From Polyangiales bacterium (lineage in GTDB: Bacteria > Myxococcota_A > Polyangia > Polyangiales > Polyangiaceae), in assembly GCA_038230375.1 (NCBI GenBank), contig JBBRNJ010000004.1, positions 96,001 through 160,000 on the forward strand: 64,000 nucleotides of DNA, in the 5' to 3' direction. This document shows positions 11,901 to 19,091 of this stretch, piece after piece. Numbering within the stretch: the first letter of the stretch is position 1; the number at the start of each line of letters is the position of its first letter. The notes under the pieces were generated by a model, which was given only the letters and a program-made list of their open reading frames with translations, was not told the DNA's origin and did not search any database. The translations under genes were made by a program, and so were the position numbers.

Positions 11901-14900
11901 GAACGACGCCCCGCTGCGTGAGCGCGCGCGCGATGCGGTCCGCGTGCGCGTCCACCTCCGCGAACGTGAGGCTGCCGCCCGCGTCCACCACGGCCACGTC
12001 GCCGGGCCGCTGCTTCACGTGGCGCGCGAACAGATCCGGCAACGTGCGCGTCAGGTCCACGGGAACGTCGGTGCGGTTGAAGTCCGTGAGCAGGATCTCC
12101 CGCTCCCAGGGCTGCAGCATCGCGAAGTCACGCACGCGCGCGTCGGCGTTGCGCGCCGCCTCTTCCAGGATGGAGCGCAGGTGTCCCAGGAAGCGCTCCG
12201 CCGTGGCGCGCCGGAACAGCTTGGTTGCATAGTGGAGCACGAGCTTCTTGCCCTGCTTGGTGCTCTGCACCGTGAGCTCCAGATCGAACTTGCAGGAGGT
12301 CTGCGTGGGCGGCACCTCGGTCAGCCCGAACACGGACCCAGGCATGGTGACGATCTCCTCGTCCTCCCATGCGAAGAGCACATCGAAGAGCGGATTGCGC
12401 GAGGGGTCGCGCGCCAGGCCAAGGTCCGTCACCAGCTCGTTCAGCTGGTACGACTGCCGCTCGAACGCAGCGAACGCAGCATGGCCGGTGCGCACGGCGA
12501 GGTCTGTGAACGACTCCTCTGCCGTCAGCGTCATGCGCAGCGGCAGCGTGTTCACGAACATGCCCACCATGCCGTCCGTCCCAGGCGTGTTGCGACCGGA
12601 CGCGGGCACACCGATCACGAGATCAGGCGTATTTCCCAGGCGCGAGAGCGTGACGCCGAACGCTGCCAGGAAGACGGCGAGCTGCGTGACGCCACGTGAA
12701 CTGGCGAGGAGCTCCAGCGGCGCGGTGGTCTCCTTGGAGAGATCGATCGAGATCGAGTCACCGTCGAACGAGATACGCGGCGGCCGATCGAAGTCGTATG
12801 GCAGCTCGAGTGGGTCGGGCGTGGTCGCGAAGCGCTCGAGCCAGAACGCCTTCTCGTCGTCGCGGCGGGCGCGCGCGAGGTCGCTCTTCTCCCACGCCAC
12901 GTAGTCCGCAAACGTGGGCGACGGCGGCGGGGGCGCGCGGTTCTCGTAGAGGGCCTCGAGGTCCTCCAGCAGGAGGCGCACGGACAGGCCGTCTGCCACG
13001 ATGTGATGCACGTCGAGCAGGAGAAGGACGCGCGTCTCGGTCGTTGCAATGGCCGCGCGCAATAGCGGGGCCTTCGAGAGATCGAACGGCTGCACGAAGC
13101 GGCTCATTCGGGCCGCCAGGTTCGCCTCGTCGGTGTCCCACCGGTCCACCGTGAGCGCTGCGTCCTTCGCGAACCACTGCCGCGGGACGGCGCCGTCCAC
13201 GTCGAACGATGCACGCAGCGCGTGGTGACGAGATGGAAGCGTGGCCAGCGCGGCGGCGAGCACATCCAGATCGATGTCCGAGCGCAGCTCCCACGCGAAC
13301 GGGATGTTGTACGCAGTGCTCCACGTGGCCAGCTGCTGCACCGCGAAGATGCGGCTCTGCGACGACGTGAGCGGCAGCGCCACGCCCTCCTCCGCCCTGG
13401 GGAAGTGGATGCGCGAGTCCGGGCCCTTCTCCGCCTCCTCCAGCACCACGGCGACGTCCACGATCGACGAAGCGGCGAGGAACTGCGAGAGCTTCAGATC
13501 GAAGCCTCTTTCCCGGTAGATCGCGGACAGGAGAACCGCCGCCTTGAGCGAGTGTCCACCAAGATCCAGGAACGTGGCCGTGGTGCCGACGAGCTCCTCG
13601 GGGATGCCGAGCACGCTCGCGTAGATGGTGCGCAGCTCCGACTCTGTCTTGGTCTTCGGCAGGATGATCTCGACGGCCTCGAGCTCCACCGGCGGCAGCT
13701 TGCGCTTGTCCACCTTGCCGTTCGCGGTGAGCGGGATCTCCGACAGCTCGACGATGCGGCTCGGCACCATGTATGCGGGCAGCGTGCGACCGAGCTCCTC
13801 CTTGCGCGCGGCTTCCGAACCGGGCTCTCCATTGATGAACGCGACCAGCGACAGATCGCCCGACAGGCGCGGGTTCTCTCGCGCGACAACGACCGCCTCG
13901 CGCACGCCAGGCAGTGCCATGAGCGCCTGCTCGATCTCACCGAGCTCGATGCGGAACCCGCGCACCTTCACCTGCGTGTCGATTCGACCGAGGAATTCCA
14001 GGTTTCCGTCGGGCAGGAAGCGGGCGAGATCGCCTGTGCGGTACATGCGCCGGCCGGCAAGGAGCGGGTTCTCTACGAACTTCTCGGCGGTGAGCGTGGG
14101 CTGATTCAGGTAGCCGCGCGCCATGCTCGCACCAGAGATGCAGAGCTCGCCCGGGACGCCGACGGGACAGATGCGTCCCAGCTTGTCGAGCACGAACACC
14201 TGCGTGTTCCACACGGGCTTGCCGATCGGGATGTTCTCGTACGCCTTGTCCACGCGGAACGCGGTGGTGGCCACCGTGTACTCCGTGGGTCCGTAGCCGT
14301 TGATGATCTCGCAGCGCTCGGTGGGGTGGCTCCGCAGCTTCTCGCCGCCAAGGAACGCGGCGCGCAGCTTGTGCTTCGGCGCGTGACGAAGGAACTGCTC
14401 GCCGAACTGCGTGGGCAAGAACGCAACGGTGACACCGTGCGAGGCAAAGTAGTCGTCGAGCGCGTCGATCGAGAGGCGGATGTCCCTGGGCACGATGACC
14501 AGGCGCGCGCCCGAGATGAACGCGGGGACGATCTCCGCGATGCTCGCATCGAAGCCGAAGCCGGCGTACTTGGACACGCCGTCGGAGCTCGTGATGCGGA
14601 AGTAGTCCGCGTACCAGGCCGAGAAGTTGAGCAGGCCGCGGTGCTCGATGAGCGTGCCCTTCGGCTGACCGGTGGAGCCGGAGGTGTAGATCACGTACGC
14701 GAGATCTGCGCGCGAGACGCCAACGTCCGGCCGTTTTGCGTCGCCGGCGTAGATCGCGGGATCGCCCAGATCCACCGTGTTTCCCGCGAACGCAGACGAC
14801 AGCTCGGGGTCGAGAGCGCCCATGGTGAGCAGCACGCGCGCGCGGCTGTCCTTCAGCATGTACGCCTTGCGCGACAGCGGGTAGTCCGGGTCTATCGGCA

Positions 14901-17900
14901 TGAAGGCGCCGTTGGCCTTCAGCACACCGAGCACGCTGATCAGCATCTCGGGGCAAGGCTCGAGCAGGATGCCGACTATCTCGTCCCTGGTGAGGCCCTG
15001 GGCGCGGAGCGCATTCGCGAGCGCATTTGCGCGGCGATCCACCTCTGCGTAGCTCAGGCTCTTGCCGTTCATGACCACGCACGGCGCATCCGGGGTCGTC
15101 GCTGCGTGCTCCTCGAACACGTGGTGCACCGCGGCCACGCCGGGCAGCGCGTGGTCCGTGTCATTCCAGTCCACGGTGACCCTGCGACGCTCCTCCGCGG
15201 ACAGCGTGTGCAGCTGCGTGACGGGCACGCTGGGGTCCGTGAGGACCTCCTCGACCAGGGCGGCGAGCTCGCGCGCGAACCGCTCCATGGTCTTCTGCTT
15301 GAAGAGGTCCGCGGAGTACTCGAAGCGCAGCGCGTAGCCGGCCGCGGTCTCACGCACCACGAGCACCAGGTCCATGCGCGCGATCCGCTGCGTCAGGCGC
15401 CGCTCTTCGAGGGTCGCGCTCCCACAAGCGTACTTGTCTGGCGTGAGCCCTTCGTACGAGAGCATCGTGTCGAAGAGCGGGTTGCGGCCGGGCAGCGGCT
15501 TCTGGCCCAGGTCCTCCACCAGGTCCTCGAACGGGTATTCGTCGGCCTCGAGCGATGCATGGATCTGCCCCATGGCAGCGCGCAGAAATGCCGCGAAGCT
15601 CACGTCGCGCGAGAGCTTGCCGCGAAAGACCAGCGTGTTGACGAACATGCCCACCGTGCGCTCGAAGTCCGGGTGCGGGCGGCCTGCCGTGGGATAGCCG
15701 AAGAGCACGTCCCCGCTGCCGGACGAGCACGACAGGAACACCGAGTAGACCGCCGCGAAGAACGCGAACGGCGTGGAGTCGTGCGCGCGTGACAGCTGCT
15801 CGATGCGCTCCTTCACCTCATTTGGGAGGTCGATCGTGATCTCCGCCTCTGTCTGCTGGCGCGAGAGCGGGCGACGGAAGTCGTACGGTAGGTCGAGCAC
15901 GGGCAGCTCGTCCTTCATGAGCAGAGACCAGTGCGCGCGCGCGGCGGCCTGGCGCTCCTTGCCCTCCTCGCTCTCGCGCCACACTGCGTAGTCGAAGTAG
16001 CGGAGCGGCGGCGGCGCGGGCTCCTCGCCGCGCAGGAACGCCGACAGATCTTCCATGAGCGCGTCCACCGACATGCCGTCGGTGACGATGTGATGCATGT
16101 CCATGGCAAGGTAGCGAGCGCGCCCCGCCTCCATCATGACGGCGGCGCGGAACAGCGGCGGCCCCTCCAGGATGAACGGGCGCACGAACGCCGCGCAGGC
16201 CTTGTCCAGGCTGATCGCAGCAAGGTCGAAGCGCTCCAGAGCGAAGCGCGGACGCAGCGCGATCTTCTGGAGGATCTGCCCCTCCTGGAAGAAGAACGCG
16301 GTGCGCAGCGACTCGTGGCGGTCGATGAGGGCCGCAAGCACGCGCTCCACGTCGCCCGGATCAAGATCGCCGACGATCTCGTAGAGGAGCGGGATGTTGT
16401 ACGACGTGCTTCGCGGGTTGCCCTGCTGGATGACGTACATGCGCCGCTGCACGCTGGTCGCCGGCAGCGCCAGGCCAACGTCCGCGCGCGGGATCACGTT
16501 GAGACGCGCGCCCTTATGCGCCGCGATCTCCCGCGCGATCTCGCGCACGGTGGGCGCCCGCAAGATGGTGGACGCACGCAGCGTGACGCCCAGCGCCGCT
16601 TGCACGCGCGACACCAGCTGCATCACGAGCAGCGACTGCCCACCCAGCTCGAAGAAGCTTCGCGTGACGCTGATCACGTCCACCGGTATGGCGAGCAGGC
16701 TCGCCCAGATGCCGCGCACCTCCGACTCGAGCTGACTCTCGGGGAGCTCCACGGGCCCCGCCTCGAGCACCGGCGGCGGCAGCTTCTTCTTGTCGATCTT
16801 GCCGGACACCGTCGTGGGCATCTCCGGGAGCTGCATGAAGACGTCGGGCAGCATGTACGGCGCAAGTGTCCGCGCGAGGAAGCCACGGAGTTCCTCGGAC
16901 GACAGCGCACGGCTTGCGACGAAGTGACATGCGATGCGGCGGTTCTCCACGGCGTCGCCAAGCACCGTTGCGGCAGCCGCAACCACCTCTGCATGCCCGC
17001 GCATCGCCGCCTCGATCTCGCCGAGCTCGATGCGGAAGCCGCGCACCTTCACCTGGCTGTCGGCGCGCCCCACGAAATCCAGCATGCCGTCCGCCGTCCA
17101 GAGCACCACGTCGCCCGTGCGATACATGCGGCTTCCGTCGGCCGCGAACGGATCGGGGACGAAGCGCTCCGCCGTCATGTCGGCGCGCCCCAGGTAGCCG
17201 CGCGCAACGCCAGCGCCACCGATGCAAAGCTCGCCGCGCACGCCCTCGGGCACCACGCAGCCGCCCCAGTCGACGACGTAGGCGCGCGTCATGCCGATGG
17301 GATGGCCGATGGGGACGCGGGTCTCGCCGACCTGAGAAGGCAGGACCAGGTTGCGGAGTGAACCCACCGTGGTCTCGGTGGGGCCGTACTCGTTGTAGAG
17401 CCGCACCTTGTCGCTCCACAAACGCGCGAGCGGCACCGGACACGCCTCTCCACCGACGACCACGCGCTTGAGCGACGGCAGCGCGTCCGGCGACAGCCCC
17501 GACAGAAGCCCGGGCACCGTGTCCAGGTGGGTGACGTTCTCCGCCGCGATGAGCGAGGAGAGCGCAGCCGCGTCGAGCAGCAGCTCCTTCTCGACGAGGA
17601 CGAGCTTCGCGCCCGACGTGAGCGCGAGCCAGATCTGATCGATCGATGCGTCGAACGTGTACGACGACGCGAGCAGCACCGCATCGCGCGCGCGCACGCC
17701 AAAATCAGCCTTCTCCGCGAGGATGAAGTGGACGACGTTCCGGTGCTCGATGAGCACACCCTTTGGCTTGCCCGTGGAGCCCGACGTGTAGATCACGTAC
17801 GCAAGGTGCTCCGGCTCCGCGCGGCGCACGGGCCGCACGGACGACAGCGCGCTCCCTTCACGCAACAGCAGCTCATCGACGCACAGGCTCGTGTGCCCTG

Positions 17901-19008
17901 CCGGCACGCTGCGCGCGAGCGACGATACGGTGAGGACGGCCTCTGCGCCGCTGTCGCCGAGCAAGTAGGCGAGCCGATCCTTCGGCGTCTCGGGCTCGAT
18001 CGGCAGGTACGCGCCGCCCGCCTTCAGCACGCCAAGGATGGCGACGATCATCTCCGGCGAACGATCGAAGAGGAGGGCAACGATGGAGTCCGGGCCCACG
18101 CCCTTGTCGATGAGCGCGTTCGCCACCAGGTTCGCGCGCCGCTCCAGCTCCCCGTACGACGTGTACTCACCGCCGAACGCGAGCGCCTGCGCGTCCGGTG
18201 CGAGGTCCACGCGCGCCTCGAAGAGCTCGTGCAGCGTGAACGTTCGCGGCCAGTTGAATGTGGGCATCGAGAACTCGCCCAGGAGCTGCTCCGTGCCCGC
18301 GCGATCGATCAGCGGGATGCGCCCCGTCGGAATGGCAGGGTCCGTAGCGATGGTCTGGAGCACGACCGACAGCGCACGAGCCATGCGCTCCGCGGCCTCT
18401 TGCGAGAAGAGGCTGGTGTCGTACGTGAGCTCGAACGAGGGACGGATCCCCTCGAAGATGGACATGCGGACGTGCAGGTCACCGTCGGCCTGGAGCCCGC
18501 CGAAGCAGTGATCCGCGAGCGGATCATGCGCGGGATCATCGGGGATTGCGAGCGCTGTTGCGATCTCCGCGAACGACACCTCGCCGTGGATGCGCGCCTC
18601 CTCGGCCGCCGCGTGCACGCGGGTCACGAGCTGCGCGAAGGGCTCGTCCATGCGAAGAGCGATGAGCAGCGGCACGCTCTTGGCGCGTAACGCGACCGAG
18701 ACGGACACGTCCAGGTCCGGCGGGTCGTCGCGAAGCTTCATCACGAACGAGAGCGCGTTACCGAGCTTGCCGAGCATGACCGCATACGCGGCGAGCGCGA
18801 CGCTGTCGTCCGTGGTCGCGGTCGAGCGGGCCAGCGCCTGGAGACCTTCCTTCGTCGCCTCGTCCAGCCGTGTCCGCATCTGCACGTGCGAGGGGCTGCG
18901 TATGCTCGGCCGCGGACGATCGCACGGCAGCTCGAGCCGAGGCGGGCGCTCGGCGAGGAGTCGCGCGAAGTACGCGCGATCGACCTCCTTGCGCGTGGCC
19001 TCGGGCAT
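2962..19008 (-). CDS. Five-module NRPS with terminal thioester reductase: truncated C-A1-T1-C-A2-T2-C-A3-T3-C-A4-T4-C-A5-T5-R
   Basis: Five A-domain motif sets (YxIYTSGSTGxPKG, YGPTE, YxTGD). Four HHxxxDG C motifs (~16090, 13000, 9920, 6830). Five T motifs: GGQSL, GGHSL x3, GGNSM. C-terminal TGATGFLG and YCRTK (SDR-type R domain). Start is ATG 19008 or GTG 19041. Confidence 0.97.
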   Translation of the reverse strand: MPEATRKEVDRAYFARLLAERPPRLELPCDRPRPSIRSPSHVQMRTRLDEATKEGLQALARSTATTDDSVALAAYAVMLGKLGNALSFVMKLRDDPPDLDVSVSVALRAKSVPLLIALRMDEPFAQLVTRVHAAAEEARIHGEVSFAEIATALAIPDDPAHDPLADHCFGGLQADGDLHVRMSIFEGIRPSFELTYDTSLFSQEAAERMARALSVVLQTIATDPAIPTGRIPLIDRAGTEQLLGEFSMPTFNWPRTFTLHELFEARVDLAPDAQALAFGGEYTSYGELERRANLVANALIDKGVGPDSIVALLFDRSPEMIVAILGVLKAGGAYLPIEPETPKDRLAYLLGDSGAEAVLTVSSLARSVPAGHTSLCVDELLLREGSALSSVRPVRRAEPEHLAYVIYTSGSTGKPKGVLIEHRNVVHFILAEKADFGVRARDAVLLASSYTFDASIDQIWLALTSGAKLVLVEKELLLDAAALSSLIAAENVTHLDTVPGLLSGLSPDALPSLKRVVVGGEACPVPLARLWSDKVRLYNEYGPTETTVGSLRNLVLPSQVGETRVPIGHPIGMTRAYVVDWGGCVVPEGVRGELCIGGAGVARGYLGRADMTAERFVPDPFAADGSRMYRTGDVVLWTADGMLDFVGRADSQVKVRGFRIELGEIEAAMRGHAEVVAAAATVLGDAVENRRIACHFVASRALSSEELRGFLARTLAPYMLPDVFMQLPEMPTTVSGKIDKKKLPPPVLEAGPVELPESQLESEVRGIWASLLAIPVDVISVTRSFFELGGQSLLVMQLVSRVQAALGVTLRASTILRAPTVREIAREIAAHKGARLNVIPRADVGLALPATSVQRRMYVIQQGNPRSTSYNIPLLYEIVGDLDPGDVERVLAALIDRHESLRTAFFFQEGQILQKIALRPRFALERFDLAAISLDKACAAFVRPFILEGPPLFRAAVMMEAGRARYLAMDMHHIVTDGMSVDALMEDLSAFLRGEEPAPPPLRYFDYAVWRESEEGKERQAAARAHWSLLMKDELPVLDLPYDFRRPLSRQQTEAEITIDLPNEVKERIEQLSRAHDSTPFAFFAAVYSVFLSCSSGSGDVLFGYPTAGRPHPDFERTVGMFVNTLVFRGKLSRDVSFAAFLRAAMGQIHASLEADEYPFEDLVEDLGQKPLPGRNPLFDTMLSYEGLTPDKYACGSATLEERRLTQRIARMDLVLVVRETAAGYALRFEYSADLFKQKTMERFARELAALVEEVLTDPSVPVTQLHTLSAEERRRVTVDWNDTDHALPGVAAVHHVFEEHAATTPDAPCVVMNGKSLSYAEVDRRANALANALRAQGLTRDEIVGILLEPCPEMLISVLGVLKANGAFMPIDPDYPLSRKAYMLKDSRARVLLTMGALDPELSSAFAGNTVDLGDPAIYAGDAKRPDVGVSRADLAYVIYTSGSTGQPKGTLIEHRGLLNFSAWYADYFRITSSDGVSKYAGFGFDASIAEIVPAFISGARLVIVPRDIRLSIDALDDYFASHGVTVAFLPTQFGEQFLRHAPKHKLRAAFLGGEKLRSHPTERCEIINGYGPTEYTVATTAFRVDKAYENIPIGKPVWNTQVFVLDKLGRICPVGVPGELCISGASMARGYLNQPTLTAEKFVENPLLAGRRMYRTGDLARFLPDGNLEFLGRIDTQVKVRGFRIELGEIEQALMALPGVREAVVVARENPRLSGDLSLVAFINGEPGSEAARKEELGRTLPAYMVPSRIVELSEIPLTANGKVDKRKLPPVELEAVEIILPKTKTESELRTIYASVLGIPEELVGTTATFLDLGGHSLKAAVLLSAIYRERGFDLKLSQFLAASSIVDVAVVLEEAEKGPDSRIHFPRAEEGVALPLTSSQSRIFAVQQLATWSTAYNIPFAWELRSDIDLDVLAAALATLPSRHHALRASFDVDGAVPRQWFAKDAALTVDRWDTDEANLAARMSRFVQPFDLSKAPLLRAAIATTETRVLLLLDVHHIVADGLSVRLLLEDLEALYENRAPPPPSPTFADYVAWEKSDLARARRDDEKAFWLERFATTPDPLELPYDFDRPPRISFDGDSISIDLSKETTAPLELLASSRGVTQLAVFLAAFGVTLSRLGNTPDLVIGVPASGRNTPGTDGMVGMFVNTLPLRMTLTAEESFTDLAVRTGHAAFAAFERQSYQLNELVTDLGLARDPSRNPLFDVLFAWEDEEIVTMPGSVFGLTEVPPTQTSCKFDLELTVQSTKQGKKLVLHYATKLFRRATAERFLGHLRSILEEAARNADARVRDFAMLQPWEREILLTDFNRTDVPVDLTRTLPDLFARHVKQRPGDVAVVDAGGSLTFAEVDAHADRIARALTQRGVVLGDVVALSVGRTRWLYPAIIGILRAGAGYLPIEPDAPADRALLMIEDSRARALLTDRETYGADPAKVQELSAAVSEPDAGAFPSRALPESIAYVIYTSGSTGKPKGVVIEHRNAVNFIATSEDVLKVRPDDRILLFSSITFDASVAQLGLAFATGARLVVPSKEVLLDHDAFEAFVREHEVTHVDTVPLFLSGFTPKTPLKLRRIVVGGDICPVPTAARWALAQPFYNEYGPTETTITALRHKVSKDDLALSRLPVGRPVANTKIYILDWTRNLAPLGVPGEMYIGGKGVARGYLHNEELTRERFVPSPFADGDRLYRTGDIARWTADGTIDFLGRADNQIKIRGFRIELGEIEAALLRHPDVVEAAVVVFPHGDDKRLCAYVVPRKEVTSAELRSFLARALPSYMVPDAVVSLAALPVLTSGKVDRKRLPEPAFDLATEKDAPASDAEEQLLQIWSDVLRVPRARVPLGKSFFELGGHSLLLMLLITRIHQAFGVRLTPADIFDHPTIRGQAALVAQRDHVTIEPIPRAGAREYYPLSSVQRRLFAIQQANRESVAYNMPTVFEVEGRVTRERLEEVVRALFARHAALRTTFHIVDGEPVAKVHPTVSFSLEIFESDDPTDVVMRQLVQRFDLAKPPLVRVWLVQRSSGASLLVVDFHHIVVDGYSTAILFHEVSEIIRGAPLKELTLDYSDFAVWQQTPESRERIAEQRAFWLALFETPPPQLELPFDFRRPAVRNDEGDLVVVRMTKAEQDALAALSLKKDATLFITLLTSFLYYLSRIGRVDDVVVGVPTSGRVHADLQDVVGMFVNTIPWRMKVPTTGSFLEFLASSKEISLELLSREEYQLEDLLAELGTKAGAQRSNPLFDVMFAYQAREGSVVDAGKVKLHATEFTHHTAKTDLVLSATESAEGLELAFEYPTELFTRATVERLAQGFCTLLRNVIADPEQPLATLEVMTPAEKLQLVTTFNATAHALPDAIAAHHMFEQWVQNTPNAPALVFERSVYSYAEVNRRANAIAEWLVGHGVGRGAVVALLLDPCAEQLPAVLGVLKTGAAFLPIDAEYPAGRQEYMLSDSGALALLSRPDLLTGVSWDGPRLDVTTVEATERHDNNPGVVQEGSDAAYVIYTSGSTGRPKGVVIEHRALMNFSAWHADYFGINQNDGVTRYAGFSFDASISELFPTIISGARLVIIPKDVRLTIEGLDDYLATNKVTIAFLPTQFGEQFLRQATKHSLRAAFLGGEKLRSHPTDRCAIVNTYGPTEYTVVTSAFTVDRAYENIPIGKPVWNSEIFILDAHDRICPLGVAGELCVAGKSIGRGYLNRPELTAEKFVAHAFSPSSTGERMYRTGDLARWLPDGNLEYLGRMDAQVKVRGFRIELGEVEQTLLASPSIEDAVVVPRTDSSGATYLVAYVVPKTVLDLPLVRAEMLRNLPEYMIPAQFCALDALPVTPNGKVDKKALPEVERAAALSLVPAANATEHTLLQIWAKVLGAAPGAMGVTTSFTDLGGHSLKAIALVSEIWKELRTELKVSDIFRHPTVRALSAKIGESTGDGLTSSIDRCIHVGAIPASSVQKRMYLMQQIDKGSVAYNLATLFAVQKGIAKESLASALATLTDRHDAFRSSFFLDADVLMMRTDSRTELPLAELVTTEAERDLAVAGLVLPFDLGEGPLARATYVTTENAAYLFFDMHHIVSDGGSMSQFMDELAKLLSGQRLPPLGRSLRDCAAWEQTVAYRALLTRQKEHWQQAFKDGVPTLDLPADHPRPRELTLEGKTLSTELPQATLNGLRALCQAHGVSLFSLLLTAFDVFLARVGRQEEIILGTPVSGRFHPDMQDVFGMFVNTLVLTCDVDPKRPFMSLCHEVSARSVNAIDNQAYPFGDLVELLGERRRAGHNALFDVMFSLQNVDERADQAESMLAPIAVTNETSKFDLSFSADEAPNGLTLSFEYRTALYDETTIQRWLACMTELLADIVKRPDAPTESLRILTPEDQVLVVSTWNQTARDFPEVTFAHQLFDAAAARFPAHRALVSGATSFTYEEVARMANRLAHRLQAMGVGKGDIVGILAPPCPELFIAELAVMKAGGAFVPLDHRYPLERIEYTLRDSAAKVLLSAPLLDRELDWPGRRLTLDVALFAEGNDALPVTPGDLGNLAYVIYTSGSTGRPKGVAIEHTSMVPYIQRCVDFYGLTEHDHCSKYAGIGFDASIGETFPALSVGAELHMIPDDIRLAPVEIIAWTKRERITYMDLPTPLAEELMLEPRDTPLRWLVVGGDKLRRFHPQTFKLANEYGPTEFTVSATTEVVTAASDNIPIGKPNANARVLILEPTGEPCPPGIAGEICLAGKGMARGYLGSPELTAKKFVEHPLAQGRMYHTGDLGRWLPNGSIEFLGRIDSQVKIRGYRIELGEIEHAMLELPGIASAVVIDRPDAAGDKILVGYYVAAPDVTDLQLREGLARRVPDYMLPTALVRLHEIPLSTSGKVDKKRLPEPELSRALRSIVQPESLAEARVLEALSRAIGRTDFGVTDDFFDFGGNSMKAVAVVTVLAADFKITANDLFRLRTPREIAREIPMQRGDLRGRLLGLAKSMREDAPPDPLTHPDMIRDVEAYRQKVRTYEASPLGHEDVYRNILLTGATGFLGSYLLRDLLARTDAKIHVTMRARTRKEAWDRLQARAEHYFGVGALNAVRRRVILVLSDLSQPDLGMDPSVRDGLARTIDCVIHSAALTKHYGDYSTFVAANVTATENLIALARLASAPFNLVSTTSVGAGDIPNTERALFTELSCDIGQVTPNHYCRTKLLAEKAVIALRDSGHRANIFRVGFLTPDTETLTFQENADDSGFVQQLKSYVTLGVIPIGALIHSFCPVNKVSDAITQLFRRGALASETHHLERFLDETQARSLIAAGKRCRAMEDPDFFELLAERLGDRDVAQAATAILLHDGLLEREASTEAVTLNERTELLLRRIGFTWGTVTPEEVWSLASV

Positions 19009-19091
19009 CCGCGAACTATCCCCAATTTTCGGCAGCACCACAATGGTCCGTCTGGTCTATTCTCCGGACGCCCGCACACGCGAAGGGCCTC

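Noticed and set aside
7378..12699. 1773-aa + strand ORF, and other long ORFs antisense to the NRPS (3097-4371, 4792-6201, 13222-15792, 15931-17361)
   Set aside because: Shadow ORFs expected opposite a high-GC3 gene; no recognisable motifs.
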